Positions 1 to 9,007 of a DNA stretch of 64,000 nucleotides are shown here, in pieces. Under the pieces are notes generated by a model. The model did not search any database, was not told the origin of the DNA, and was given only the letters and a program-made list of their open reading frames with translations. Position numbers and translations under genes: made by a program. Position 1 is the stretch's first letter; the number at the start of each line of letters is the position of its first letter. Source of the stretch: Acidobacteriota bacterium (GTDB lineage Bacteria; Acidobacteriota; CAIWXX01). The stretch lies in assembly GCA_040755995.1 (NCBI GenBank), contig JBFMAF010000024.1, positions 160,001 through 224,000 of the forward strand, in the 5' to 3' direction.

Positions 1-541
1 AGTTCCTCATCGGGGAGTAGTGCCTTGTGTAGCATGTGGAGCAGATCGGGCCGCGACCCGGGAGATATGTCACGGCGGCCCCGGCCTTTCCACAAGCGGC
101 GCAATACTGCGTGGGGCGGTAGCGCTTTGCGTAGCATCGGCGACAGATCGCCTCTCCTCCACCGAGGCGAAAAACGACGGGCGAGGCCTGCCCGCAGTCC
201 CGGCATACCTCGACTGGAGGATGGTAGCAACACATCCCTATCGTCAGTCCGTCCGTTCGCAGTAGTTGTATGGTCGAAATCCTGCCGCAGATGTCGCAAG
301 TTCCACGTCGATCGACTCGACCCTTGCCGGCACACGAGGCGCATTTCGCGACGTGGCCCGTGATTTCGCCCCTTTCATTGAGCACCGGAGTCATGAAGGT
401 GACACGCCAGCGGTGGCAGCTGGCGCACTCCTGCTTCTCCGGCCGGGCGCGCACTACGATCCGCCGGGCGGGCTCGTGCAGGCGCACGCACTCCCTGTCC
501 CCGCAAACCGGGCATATCTTGCTCGACTCAGCGTTGGCCAC
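1..541 (-). CDS. Multi-CxxC (tandem zinc-ribbon) repeat protein, 3' end beyond the window edge
   Basis: Manual translation from GTG at 541, 1 nt after the kinase stop: VANAESSKICPVCGD...CASC...CASC...CDIC...CC...CRDC...CRRC...CAAC...CSTCYTRHYSPMRN. Open to the edge, so absent from the ORF track. Confidence 0.8.
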   Translation of the reverse strand, partial: MANAESSKICPVCGDRECVRLHEPARRIVVRARPEKQECASCHRWRVTFMTPVLNERGEITGHVAKCASCAGKGRVDRRGTCDICGRISTIQLLRTDGLTIGMCCYHPPVEVCRDCGQASPVVFRLGGGEAICRRCYAKRYRPTQYCAACGKAGAAVTYLPGRGPICSTCYTRHYSPMRN

Positions 542-542
542 G

Positions 543-1487
543 CTACTTCTGCACCTCGTTGCAGTAGTTGCAGCGCTGGGCGCGCGGGGGCAGGGGACGA
601 TGGCAGTTCCAGCAGCGGCGTGCCCTGCTCGCCTCCTCGCGCGCCTTCAGTCGACTCCGTATGTCCTCCATCTGGCTCTCCTTGCGCGTGACGCCGAGCG
701 CAGCGTCCATGTCGCCGAGGATGTCTGCGACGCTCTGGTATCGCTCCTTGACATCGGTCGCCAGGGCCTTCATGCAGACGTCGTTGAGCGCTCGCGGGAC
801 GGCTGGATTCTTGATCTTCAGCGGCGTGATCTTGCCCTGCGTTGCCAGCTTCTCCATGATCGCCGGGTTGGGATGGAAGAGCGGCGGAGCGCCTGAGATC
901 ATCTCGTAGAAGATGCAGCCGAGTGAGTAGATGTCCGAGGCGAGAACGGCCTTGCCCTGGAACTGCTCCGGCGCCATGTACGGCGGCGATCCGATTCGTG
1001 TCTGCGCATAGGCCTTTGATTCGATGATGGTGGACGTGCCGAAGTCGGTGATCTTGATCTGCCCGGCGTCGGAGACGAGCAGGTTGGACGGCCGCAGGTC
1101 GCGGTGCAGGACGTGGTTCTGGTGCGCGTGCATCAGGCCCAGGCAAGCCTGGCGCAAGTAATCGGTTGCGCGCTTGACATCCAGGGTCTTCTCGCGGTCC
1201 AGGATGGATTCAAGCGACTCGCCCTTCACGTACTCCATGACCATGAAGAACACCTCCTCGGCCTTCTCCGCCGTGACGAGCCGGACGATGTTGGGGTGAT
1301 TCAGGGCTGCGTGAAGCCTCGATTCCTTCAGGAGCTGGAAAAGGTCGTCGCTCTGCTTGTGCGGTACCTTCAGCGCGACCTTCTTGTCCAGCCAGGAGTC
1401 GATTGCCAGGTACACTGCCCCGAAGCCGCCGACGCCGAGCGTCTCCAGGATCTGGTACTTCCCGACCTGTTGTCCTTTGAGAAACAT
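543..1487 (-). CDS. Hanks-type Ser/Thr protein kinase with C-terminal zinc ribbon
   Basis: GVGGFGAV, VALK, HRDLRPSN, DFG, YMAPE and SDIYSLG motifs; C-terminal CWNC-x10-CNYC. Confidence 0.95.
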   Translation of the reverse strand: MFLKGQQVGKYQILETLGVGGFGAVYLAIDSWLDKKVALKVPHKQSDDLFQLLKESRLHAALNHPNIVRLVTAEKAEEVFFMVMEYVKGESLESILDREKTLDVKRATDYLRQACLGLMHAHQNHVLHRDLRPSNLLVSDAGQIKITDFGTSTIIESKAYAQTRIGSPPYMAPEQFQGKAVLASDIYSLGCIFYEMISGAPPLFHPNPAIMEKLATQGKITPLKIKNPAVPRALNDVCMKALATDVKERYQSVADILGDMDAALGVTRKESQMEDIRSRLKAREEASRARRCWNCHRPLPPRAQRCNYCNEVQK

Positions 1488-1493
1488 CCCTGC

Positions 1494-2525
1494 CTATACC
1501 CGGAGCACGACCTTCCCGAAGTGCCCTCGTTCCTCCATTCGCTGCTGCGCCTGGGCCGCCTCCCGGAGCGGGAAGACGGAGTCGACTATCGGCGTCAGCC
1601 TTCCCTGCTCCCACAGTCTCACCACTTCCAGCATCTCCGACTTGCTTCCCATGTAAGAACCCAGAAGCGAGAGCTGTCTGGAGAAAAGGTACCTCAGGTC
1701 GAGCTTCGCGCTGAACCCCGTCGTGGCTCCGCACGTGACAAGGCGTCCGCCGGGAGCCAGAGAGAGCACCGACTTCTCGAACGTGGCATCGCCGACGTGC
1801 TCGAACACGACGTCGACCCCGCGCTTCCCCGTGAGTTTCCTGACCTCCTCCAGGATGTCCTGCCGCGAGTGATTGATCGTCTCATCGGCGCCGAGACGCC
1901 GCGCCTTTTCGAGCTTGTCCTCGGATCCTGCGGTGGCGATCACTCGCGCCCCGTGGAGCTTGCCGATCTGGATAGCGGCGTGTCCCACTCCACTGCCGGC
2001 GCCCAGCACAAGCAGCTCTTCGCCCACCTTGATCCGGCACCGTGTTACCAGCATGTGCCACGCCGTCAGGAAGACCAGCGGCAGCGCCGCCGCCTCTTCG
2101 AAGTCCTTGTCCTGAGGAATGGGAATCACGTTCAGCGCCGGGACCTTGATGAGCTCCGCATATCCACCGTCGGTCTGGAAACCGAGAACCTGGTAAGAAC
2201 GGCAGAGGCTGTCCCACCCGCTCAGACAGTGGATGCATCGCCCGCAGCTCAGCGCCGGGAAGAGCAACACCCGCTGGCCGGTCGAGAAATGCCGCCCGAG
2301 CTCGCCCACCGCCGCCACCTCCCCGGCAACATCGCTGCCCGCGACATGCGGAAACGGGATCCGTATTCCCTGGAGCCCTCGCCGGCCCCAGATGTCCAGG
2401 AAGTTCAGCGCGCAGGCGCGCACACTAACGAGCACCTCACCGGAGTTGATGAGCGGGTCATTGAGGTCGCCGTAGATGAGCTTGTCGGGCCCGCCGTGCT
2501 CATTGAAGAATACTGCCTTCATCAC
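1494..2525 (-). CDS. Zinc-binding dehydrogenase / quinone oxidoreductase (MDR family)
   Basis: GSDVAGEV, structural-zinc motif CGRCIHC-x7-C, GAGSGVG Rossmann motif, GKVVL C-terminus. Confidence 0.92.
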   Translation of the reverse strand: MMKAVFFNEHGGPDKLIYGDLNDPLINSGEVLVSVRACALNFLDIWGRRGLQGIRIPFPHVAGSDVAGEVAAVGELGRHFSTGQRVLLFPALSCGRCIHCLSGWDSLCRSYQVLGFQTDGGYAELIKVPALNVIPIPQDKDFEEAAALPLVFLTAWHMLVTRCRIKVGEELLVLGAGSGVGHAAIQIGKLHGARVIATAGSEDKLEKARRLGADETINHSRQDILEEVRKLTGKRGVDVVFEHVGDATFEKSVLSLAPGGRLVTCGATTGFSAKLDLRYLFSRQLSLLGSYMGSKSEMLEVVRLWEQGRLTPIVDSVFPLREAAQAQQRMEERGHFGKVVLRV

Positions 2526-2923
2526 GCACCCTCGCTTCCGGCCGCGGACTTGACGATACCGACGATGAAATCGTCGACCTCCTGGGCCAGACCTTCGATT
2601 TCAGCCTTGGGGTAGAACTGGACCAGCGTCTTGGGACGCATGGTGCAGATGCGGGTCTCCCCCGCTTGCACGTAGACGGCGATAGGGCACGGCAGCATCA
2701 AGGCAATCTTCACGTCGGCCTTGAGGGCCGCATGCGCGAACTTGGCGTTGCACACCTCGATTATCTTCAGAGGATCCCGATGAAAGCCCTTCTCCTCGAG
2801 GGTGGCCTTGACGTCATGAATGTGGAGGACCCTGAACCCCTTGGCGGCCGCCACCGCCTGAACGGCCTGCACCGCTTCGTCGAAGCTCTTCTTCGTGGTT
2901 ACCGTATATTCGAAATCCAGCAT
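2522..2923 (-). CDS. DUF302 domain protein
   Basis: GGAGGT RBS before ATG 2923; IEVCN and LMLPCPIAVY motifs typical of DUF302. Confidence 0.85.
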   Translation of the reverse strand: MLDFEYTVTTKKSFDEAVQAVQAVAAAKGFRVLHIHDVKATLEEKGFHRDPLKIIEVCNAKFAHAALKADVKIALMLPCPIAVYVQAGETRICTMRPKTLVQFYPKAEIEGLAQEVDDFIVGIVKSAAGSEGA

Positions 2924-3129
2924 GGCATCACCTCCCGCGATTCTACGGGGATTATAGTACAAGTCCCGTCCCGCCAAGTCGATCGCGATCGTAGTGGTGA
3001 AGGTGGACGTGCACGTCGCTGCCAATGGCCCTCCGCTCACGTCCACGAGAGCAAGGAAGTTGCCAGCGGATCACGACCCCGTGTCCTCCTCTTGACATCA
3101 CCAGGACTTCCGAGAAGAATGACGCCCTC

Positions 3130-5481
3130 ATGCGGTATGGAAAAGCCATCTGGGTGATGCCGGTGCTGCTGGCGGGGATGCCGGCGTGCCGGAGCGACCG
3201 GACCGTCGCCCTGGACCTGGTCCGTCTTCAGGGCCAGTCGCAACTTCTGGCTGACACTCGTCGGATCGACTTCGGCGTCGAACGCGACCGGGCCTTCCTG
3301 GGGGATTCCTGGTCAGGCGATGAGAAGGATCCGTCAGGGCGGACTTTCGTGTGGGCCGTGTCGACCACCGCGTCGGTCAGATTCGAGGCGCTTAGATCCC
3401 GCGACCTGTTGGCCGACCTGAACTGCAGGCCCTTCGTCAGAAACGGGGCGACCCAGACCATCGCCGTCTCGCTGAACGGCGCGGCGATCGGCAAGCCGAT
3501 CTCGATGACCCCGGAATTCTCCAAGTATCAAATCTTTCTCCCGTCACGCCTGGTGGTCTCCGGTGTGAACACGATCGAATTTACGTTCGGCTACGCCGGT
3601 GACGAGGAGCCTGCGCCGAGGCCGAAGTCGAGAAGGACTGAGACGGTCGCAAGCGCAGCGGGGGAGTCCCGCCCGCTGGCGGTGTGCTTCGACTACATCG
3701 AGATCGACCCGTACGAGGAAGCCGACCGCGCGAGCCCCGCCGTGGCATCCCAGGCATCGCCCTCCTTGTCCGCTCTGAAGCTTGTCTCGTCGGAGGTGGT
3801 CGGGCAGCCGGCGGGAACAATCAGGACGTACTTCCTTAGGCTGCCTGCCCTGGAGCGCGAGCCGAGATTGGAGCTGGAGTGCGCAGTGCCTCGCGAGTTC
3901 GCCGGCAAGTCGGTCGAGTTCAAGATCGAGGTCGAGCCGGACGGCGGCCCGCGCCGATCGATTCTTGATCGGAGCGTATCGGCCGGACGATTCGAGATCG
4001 AACCGCTGGACCTTTCAGCCGAGGCGGGCCGGTTCGTGAGATTGAGCCTCGCCGCCAGTGGCACGGCTCCGTCGGGACTCTGGGTTAAGCCGCGTATCAC
4101 GGTGGCAAGCCCGAAATCGCAGCCGGAGGACCCACGCATCGAAGCCGGCCGGAAAGCCCTGGCGAGCAGCAACCTTCTCATCATTCTGCTCGACGCCGCC
4201 TCTGCCGGCCACTTCGGATCGTACGGGTATCGCCTCGACACTACGCCCAATATCGATCGGATGGCGCGGGAGGGCGTGCGCTTTTCGAACGCATTCTGCA
4301 ACGCCGTGTTCACCATGGCTTCCACGGGCTCGCTCATGACCGGCCAATATCCCGACGTGCATCGGGTGCTCTACAGTAAGAATCGCCTCACCTCCGAGGG
4401 CTATACCCTGGCTGAAATGCTGATGGCCAAGGGCGTCAAGACCGCAGCCTTTGTTGCAAACTCCAACGCGGGCGCTCTGCGTGGATACGACCAGGGCTTC
4501 GGCGACCTGTACGAGCTCTTCCGGTTCGAGGAGTTCCAATCGTTGTGCGTGAATCAGAACATCTGGCTGTTCCCCTGGCTCGACAAGAACAAGAGCCAGC
4601 CCTTTTTCCTCTACCTGCACTTCCGCGAACCGCATTTCGGCGGTTATCCGCCGAAGGAGTTCCTCGACAAGTTCAGCACCGGATTCACCGGCAAGATCGA
4701 CGTGCTGTTGGATCGCGAGAAGATCAACCGGGGGCAGCGGTCGTTGAACGAGGCCGAGCTGAAGCACATCGTCTCAGTCTACGATGCCACGCTGAACTAC
4801 GCGGACTACGAGGTCGGGCTCATCGTGAAGAAGCTGAAGGACCTGGGCGTATGGAACAACACGCTGGTGTTCATCATCGCGGACCATGGGGAGGCGCTGT
4901 GGGAACACGGGTATTTCGGGCACAACACGCAGGTCTACCAGAACCAGGCGCACATCCCGTTCATAGTTCATCTGCCTGATGGGGTTGGCGCATCCGGCGG
5001 ACGTGTCGTCGACTGCGTCGTCCAGACGATCGACATCTTCGCGACGATTGCGGACGTGCATCGCGACGAACGTGCGCAGTCGGCGGCGCAGGGGAGGAGC
5101 CTGCTGGAGCTGCTCCTGGTCCCGGGTTCACATCGAGACGGCATGGTCTACACGCGCACCCTCTGGGACAAGCCCACCTACGGCGCGCGGGACGGCCGCT
5201 ACGAGTACGTGTTCTCGACCCGCGACGGCACCGAGGGGCTCTATGATCTCAAGAGCGATCCGGCCGAGACCAGAAATCTGGTGACCGAGAGCCCCGTGGC
5301 GGCGGGCTACTTCCGGCAAAATCTGCGAGCCTGGGTGCAGGAGCAGAAGGACCGGTCGCGCGCGCTCTCTTCTCCGGGAACGGCCGCTCTCGATGACGCG
5401 ACGCGTCAAGACCTGCAACAGCTGGGCTACATAGACGACCAGGGCAGGGATACGCAAGACACCGAACACGCGCCCGAGTGA
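3130..5481 (+). CDS. Exported sulfatase-like hydrolase/transferase (alkaline phosphatase superfamily), probable lipoprotein
   Basis: Signal with possible lipobox (LLAGMPAC); IILLD, FTMASTGSLMTG, EPH, ADHGE, GH and LYDLKSDPAE motifs; LQQLGYI end. Confidence 0.85.
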   Translation: MRYGKAIWVMPVLLAGMPACRSDRTVALDLVRLQGQSQLLADTRRIDFGVERDRAFLGDSWSGDEKDPSGRTFVWAVSTTASVRFEALRSRDLLADLNCRPFVRNGATQTIAVSLNGAAIGKPISMTPEFSKYQIFLPSRLVVSGVNTIEFTFGYAGDEEPAPRPKSRRTETVASAAGESRPLAVCFDYIEIDPYEEADRASPAVASQASPSLSALKLVSSEVVGQPAGTIRTYFLRLPALEREPRLELECAVPREFAGKSVEFKIEVEPDGGPRRSILDRSVSAGRFEIEPLDLSAEAGRFVRLSLAASGTAPSGLWVKPRITVASPKSQPEDPRIEAGRKALASSNLLIILLDAASAGHFGSYGYRLDTTPNIDRMAREGVRFSNAFCNAVFTMASTGSLMTGQYPDVHRVLYSKNRLTSEGYTLAEMLMAKGVKTAAFVANSNAGALRGYDQGFGDLYELFRFEEFQSLCVNQNIWLFPWLDKNKSQPFFLYLHFREPHFGGYPPKEFLDKFSTGFTGKIDVLLDREKINRGQRSLNEAELKHIVSVYDATLNYADYEVGLIVKKLKDLGVWNNTLVFIIADHGEALWEHGYFGHNTQVYQNQAHIPFIVHLPDGVGASGGRVVDCVVQTIDIFATIADVHRDERAQSAAQGRSLLELLLVPGSHRDGMVYTRTLWDKPTYGARDGRYEYVFSTRDGTEGLYDLKSDPAETRNLVTESPVAAGYFRQNLRAWVQEQKDRSRALSSPGTAALDDATRQDLQQLGYIDDQGRDTQDTEHAPE

Positions 5482-5486
5482 ATGTA

Positions 5487-5518
5487 GACGCGGCGAGGCG
5501 GTGACACGCAGACGCGGA
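5487..5518. repeat. Degenerate 8-mer tandem repeat (GACRCGGN-like) x4
   Basis: gacgcggc gaggcggt gacacgca gacgcgga. Confidence 0.7.
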
Positions 5519-5532
5519 GAGAGAGCCTCGCT

Positions 5533-5742
5533 TCAGCGGTTCAGCAGAATCGAGTGAAATTCGGCGGCGTCATTGTCGTCCTTGGCGCCGACCCGCGTCG
5601 CGCATTCGGCACAGCGGTACTCGTACTTGTGCCCGGAGGGTAGCAGGAGGAGGAGATGTTTGCGCACGGGTTTCGCCGACTTGCAGCGCGGGCAGTACAG
5701 CTCCGCAGCCTCCAACTGGTCGAACTGCGGTCTTCTCTTCAT
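5533..5742 (-). CDS. Small zinc-ribbon protein
   Basis: LYCPRC...YRCAEC; 69 aa from ATG 5742. Confidence 0.75.
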   Translation of the reverse strand: MKRRPQFDQLEAAELYCPRCKSAKPVRKHLLLLLPSGHKYEYRCAECATRVGAKDDNDAAEFHSILLNR

Positions 5743-5855
5743 GCCAAGAAAGCTTGCCACGGGCCCCTTCAGCCGTCAAGTCCGTGCACGACCGACCCGG
5801 CTGGCCGTGCCAGCGGCTGTTCGGGCACGGGACGCGCGGCGGCGTCCCTTCCGCG

Positions 5856-5887
5856 ACTGATAACTGTCAACTGACAAGCGACAACTG
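5856..5887. repeat. 7-mer tandem repeat (ACTGACA-like)
   Basis: actgata actgtca actgaca agcgaca actg. Confidence 0.7.
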
Positions 5888-6016
5888 CCTTCTGGCGCCA
5901 GAGGCCTGGTCTGTGGTATTGAATTGGGAGCAACGCAACCAACCGCCTGCCCACAGCGTGTGCGCGGTCAGGCGGCGCAGTGGCAAAGGCTGGACTTCGC
6001 AGGAGGAGGATTCGCC

Positions 6017-6334
6017 ATGGAGGAGCAAAGAGGATTCGTCGGATCTCTGGTCGATTTGTCGTTCTCCGCGTTCGTCACGACAAGGCTCGTGCCGATTCTT
6101 TACATTATCGCGGTGGTGCTGGCCGGAATCATCGCGGTGGTAGTGCTGCTGAGTGGATTCATGCGCGGGATCGGTATGGGGCTGATCTCGCTGATAATCG
6201 CCCCCCTCGCGTTCCTTCTCTACGTGATCCTGGCGCGGATCTGGCTCGAGCTGGTCATCGTGCTCTTCCGCGTTGCCGAGAACACGGGTGAGCTGGTAGC
6301 GTTGGCGAAGCGCGAAATGGGAGGATCGTCCTAG
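6017..6334 (+). CDS. DUF4282-like membrane protein
   Basis: AGGAGGAGG RBS; LVDLSFSAFVT, two TM helices, RIWLELVIVLFRVAEN. Confidence 0.8.
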   Translation: MEEQRGFVGSLVDLSFSAFVTTRLVPILYIIAVVLAGIIAVVVLLSGFMRGIGMGLISLIIAPLAFLLYVILARIWLELVIVLFRVAENTGELVALAKREMGGSS

Positions 6335-6536
6335 TACTTGCGATCCCTGCGCGCCGAAGCACCTGTGGCAGTTCCACCCCGGGGGGCGCTGCCCGCCGCG
6401 GTCCCACGCCACTCCGTTCAAGCCGGTCTACTCAAGCGGACGGCGGCACTACCACGTCGTGCGATCTCCCTTGAGCGGCCTTACTGCTATTGGTTCGATA
6501 AACTCCGTTTGTTCGTGACGAGTCCAGGTGCGACTA

Positions 6537-6902
6537 CTACTTGAACATCTCGGCGACCTTGCACACCCCCGGCATCTCCCACTTCTGGCCGCCGAACGCC
6601 TTGACCCATCCCATGATCATGAAGACCAGGATGAGTATGCCGAACAGCGGCAGGATCAGGCAACCCAGGAATGGGATGAAACTGAGAATGAAGCATCCCA
6701 CCCAGCCCACGACAGCCACGATCGCCAGAGCGAGTCCCTGGCGGCCATGCCAGTAGACGTACTCCTTCTGCGGATCGGCCCGCTTGTCCTTGAACATCAG
6801 AAACGGTATCAGCGAGAATATCCCGAAGTAGGCGAGGAACAGGTGTATCTTGTCATCGTCGTGATAGGGCTTCGTACCCCCGGGGATTGCCGCGTCGCTC
6901 AT
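6537..6902 (-). CDS. DUF4870/Tic20-like membrane protein
   Basis: LAYFGIFSLIP, WHGRQGLAL, GWVKAFGGQKWEMPG motifs; GGAGG RBS. Confidence 0.75.
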   Translation of the reverse strand: MSDAAIPGGTKPYHDDDKIHLFLAYFGIFSLIPFLMFKDKRADPQKEYVYWHGRQGLALAIVAVVGWVGCFILSFIPFLGCLILPLFGILILVFMIMGWVKAFGGQKWEMPGVCKVAEMFK

Positions 6903-7009
6903 TCCATCCTCCATTCACTAGTTCGAACAACGATATTCGATGGACACGGTACAAGTCAAGGTTTCCGCGCGAATTCTTCAGCGGGTGTGCCTGCACCGGA
7001 CGAGAACCC

Positions 7010-7510
7010 GTGAGATTCGGAATCGAGCCGCATAGGCCGGGCGCGTTCCCGGCGTGGTTCTGGGTTGGGTTCGTCGTCGTGCTGCTCTTGCCCTTCGCGA
7101 GGATGCTGGGCGCCCTGCCGGATGATTGGATTCCACGGTGCCAGTTCCTGCTTTCTACCGGCCATCCCTGCCCAGGGTGCGGCATCACCCGTATGCTGAT
7201 GAGCCTGTCCCGGGGATACGTGGTCGAGGCATTCAGATCGCACCCCCTTGGGTTTCTCACGATAGCGGTCGTGTGTGTGTGGGTCGCGTTCGGGTTGGCA
7301 GCCCGGCTCGTAGCGCGCGATTTGCGCATCGAGCTGTCGCCGCGAGGCCGCTGGTACTTGTTGTCGATTGTCGTCATTGCTCTGATGCTCAACTGGGTCT
7401 ACCTCTGGACCAGAACCCCGGTCCTGCGAGGCAGGGCCGCCAGACCAGCTCGCTCGTATTGCACCGCACATCTCACGGAGATAGACTACGCCGCCTATGA
7501 TGATCCATGA
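7010..7510 (+). CDS. DUF2752 membrane protein (start uncertain)
   Basis: CQF...TGHPCPGCGITR signature, HPLG, several TM segments. Confidence 0.8.
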   Translation: MRFGIEPHRPGAFPAWFWVGFVVVLLLPFARMLGALPDDWIPRCQFLLSTGHPCPGCGITRMLMSLSRGYVVEAFRSHPLGFLTIAVVCVWVAFGLAARLVARDLRIELSPRGRWYLLSIVVIALMLNWVYLWTRTPVLRGRAARPARSYCTAHLTEIDYAAYDDP

Positions 7511-8618
7511 AGTCCGCCAGCTCTTTCCCGTGACCAGGAAGTGGGTCTACATGAACCACGCCGCAGTTGCCCCGCTTTCGTCTCGCGTGGTGAGCGCGGT
7601 TGAATCGTTCATGAGCGACCAGCTGGAGAACGGTGGAGTGAACTGGAAGGTCTGGTGCGAGACCTACACGCGCGCCAGGTCGCTCGTGGGCCGTCTCATC
7701 AACGCCGGTGCAGACGAAATCTCGTTTGTCAAGAACACCTCGGAGGGTGTGAGCCTGATCGCCAACGGCCTCGATCTGGCGAAAGGCGATTCGGTGGCCT
7801 TGCCGGAAACCGAGTTCCCTTCGAACGTGTATCCATGGCTGGCGCTCCAGGAGCGGGGCGTCGGGATCGACTGGATTCCCGAACGTGAAGGCAGGATAGA
7901 GATCGAGGATGTGCGGAGCGCGCTGCTGCGGCGCCCGAAGGCGCTCGCAATCAGCTTCGTCGAGTTCCTCAGCGGCTACCGGAACGACCTGCTCCGGATC
8001 GGCAAGCTGTGCCGCGAATTCGACGTGTTCTTCTTCGTCGACGGCATCCAGGGACTCGGGGCCCTGCCGTTGGATGTGCAGGAGGCCGGCGTCGACGCAC
8101 TGGCATCAGACTCGAAGAAGTGGCTGCTTGGGCCGGAGGGGGCGGGCTTCATGTTCGTCTCGCGTGAACGCACGGATCGGATCCGAGTTGTCGAACACGG
8201 CTGGATGTCCGTGAAGAATCCAAATGACTACTTCTCGCACCAGCTCGTTCCTCCCGAAGGTGCGCTGAGATACGAGCCAGGGAGCCTGAACACGGCCGGG
8301 ATACACGGATTGGCCGCGGCGTTGGAGCTGATCGAGGAGATTGGGTTGGGTGAGATCACCAGTCGAATCATGATGCTGACGGATCGACTCGTCGAGGGGC
8401 TCCGTTCGAAGGGATATCTCGTGCTGAGTCCGCGCGGACCGGGCGAATCGAGTGGGATCGTGAGCTTCAGCCACCCGAAGTGGGAGCCCCGGGATCTGGA
8501 GGCACGCCTGCGAGCGGCCTCCGTAGTGTGCGCCAATCGTCTAGGCTATATCCGCCTCTCGCCCCACTACTACTTGACCGAGGCGGAGATCGACCTCGCC
8601 CTCCGCGCGCTTCCGTAG
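7497..8618 (+). CDS. Class V PLP-dependent aminotransferase family enzyme
   Basis: YMNHAAVAP, KNTSEG, EFPSN, VDGIQ, KWLLGPEG and IRLSPHYY motifs. Confidence 0.92.
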   Translation: MMIHEVRQLFPVTRKWVYMNHAAVAPLSSRVVSAVESFMSDQLENGGVNWKVWCETYTRARSLVGRLINAGADEISFVKNTSEGVSLIANGLDLAKGDSVALPETEFPSNVYPWLALQERGVGIDWIPEREGRIEIEDVRSALLRRPKALAISFVEFLSGYRNDLLRIGKLCREFDVFFFVDGIQGLGALPLDVQEAGVDALASDSKKWLLGPEGAGFMFVSRERTDRIRVVEHGWMSVKNPNDYFSHQLVPPEGALRYEPGSLNTAGIHGLAAALELIEEIGLGEITSRIMMLTDRLVEGLRSKGYLVLSPRGPGESSGIVSFSHPKWEPRDLEARLRAASVVCANRLGYIRLSPHYYLTEAEIDLALRALP

Positions 8619-8719
8619 TCCGGGTGGGGCAGGTCGTCGACTGGGTCGAGCCGTCGGCCCGGGATGCCGGCAGGGCGAGGCGGACCGCCACAGGCACTGT
8701 CCCACGTGCGTCCGGTCGT

Positions 8720-8822
8720 GCCGCTCCTCCGGGGCCTGCCGATCCGGCGCGCATCATGACCCAGGGCTGAAGCCCTGGGCTATCGGTCATTCGCCCCCGC
8801 GGGGCTTGCCGATCGGGCGCGC
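8720..8822. repeat. REP/BIME-like palindrome cluster
   Basis: Perfect inverted repeat CCCAGGGCT-GA-AGCCCTGGG (8760-8779) between two similar GGGGCYTGCCGATCSGGCGCGC units. Confidence 0.6.
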
Positions 8823-9007
8823 CGGCGCGTCACCCCTTTTCTCTTTCCGCCCCTTCATGGTAACCTGTGATCGGAATGGGGCATGGTGGGATGTGCGTAC
8901 AGGAGGGCCTCAGGATGCAGGGGCTCAGCAGCTCCCACGCCGCGCCACGCCCAGTGCCCGTGTCGATCTGTCGGCCTGAGAAACTGCCACCTCCGGCGTA
9001 GCCTCCC

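Noticed and set aside
7497..8618. Calling the class V enzyme SufS/IscS
   Set aside because: The RxGHHC or SSGSAC catalytic Cys motifs are absent and there are no suf/isc neighbours.
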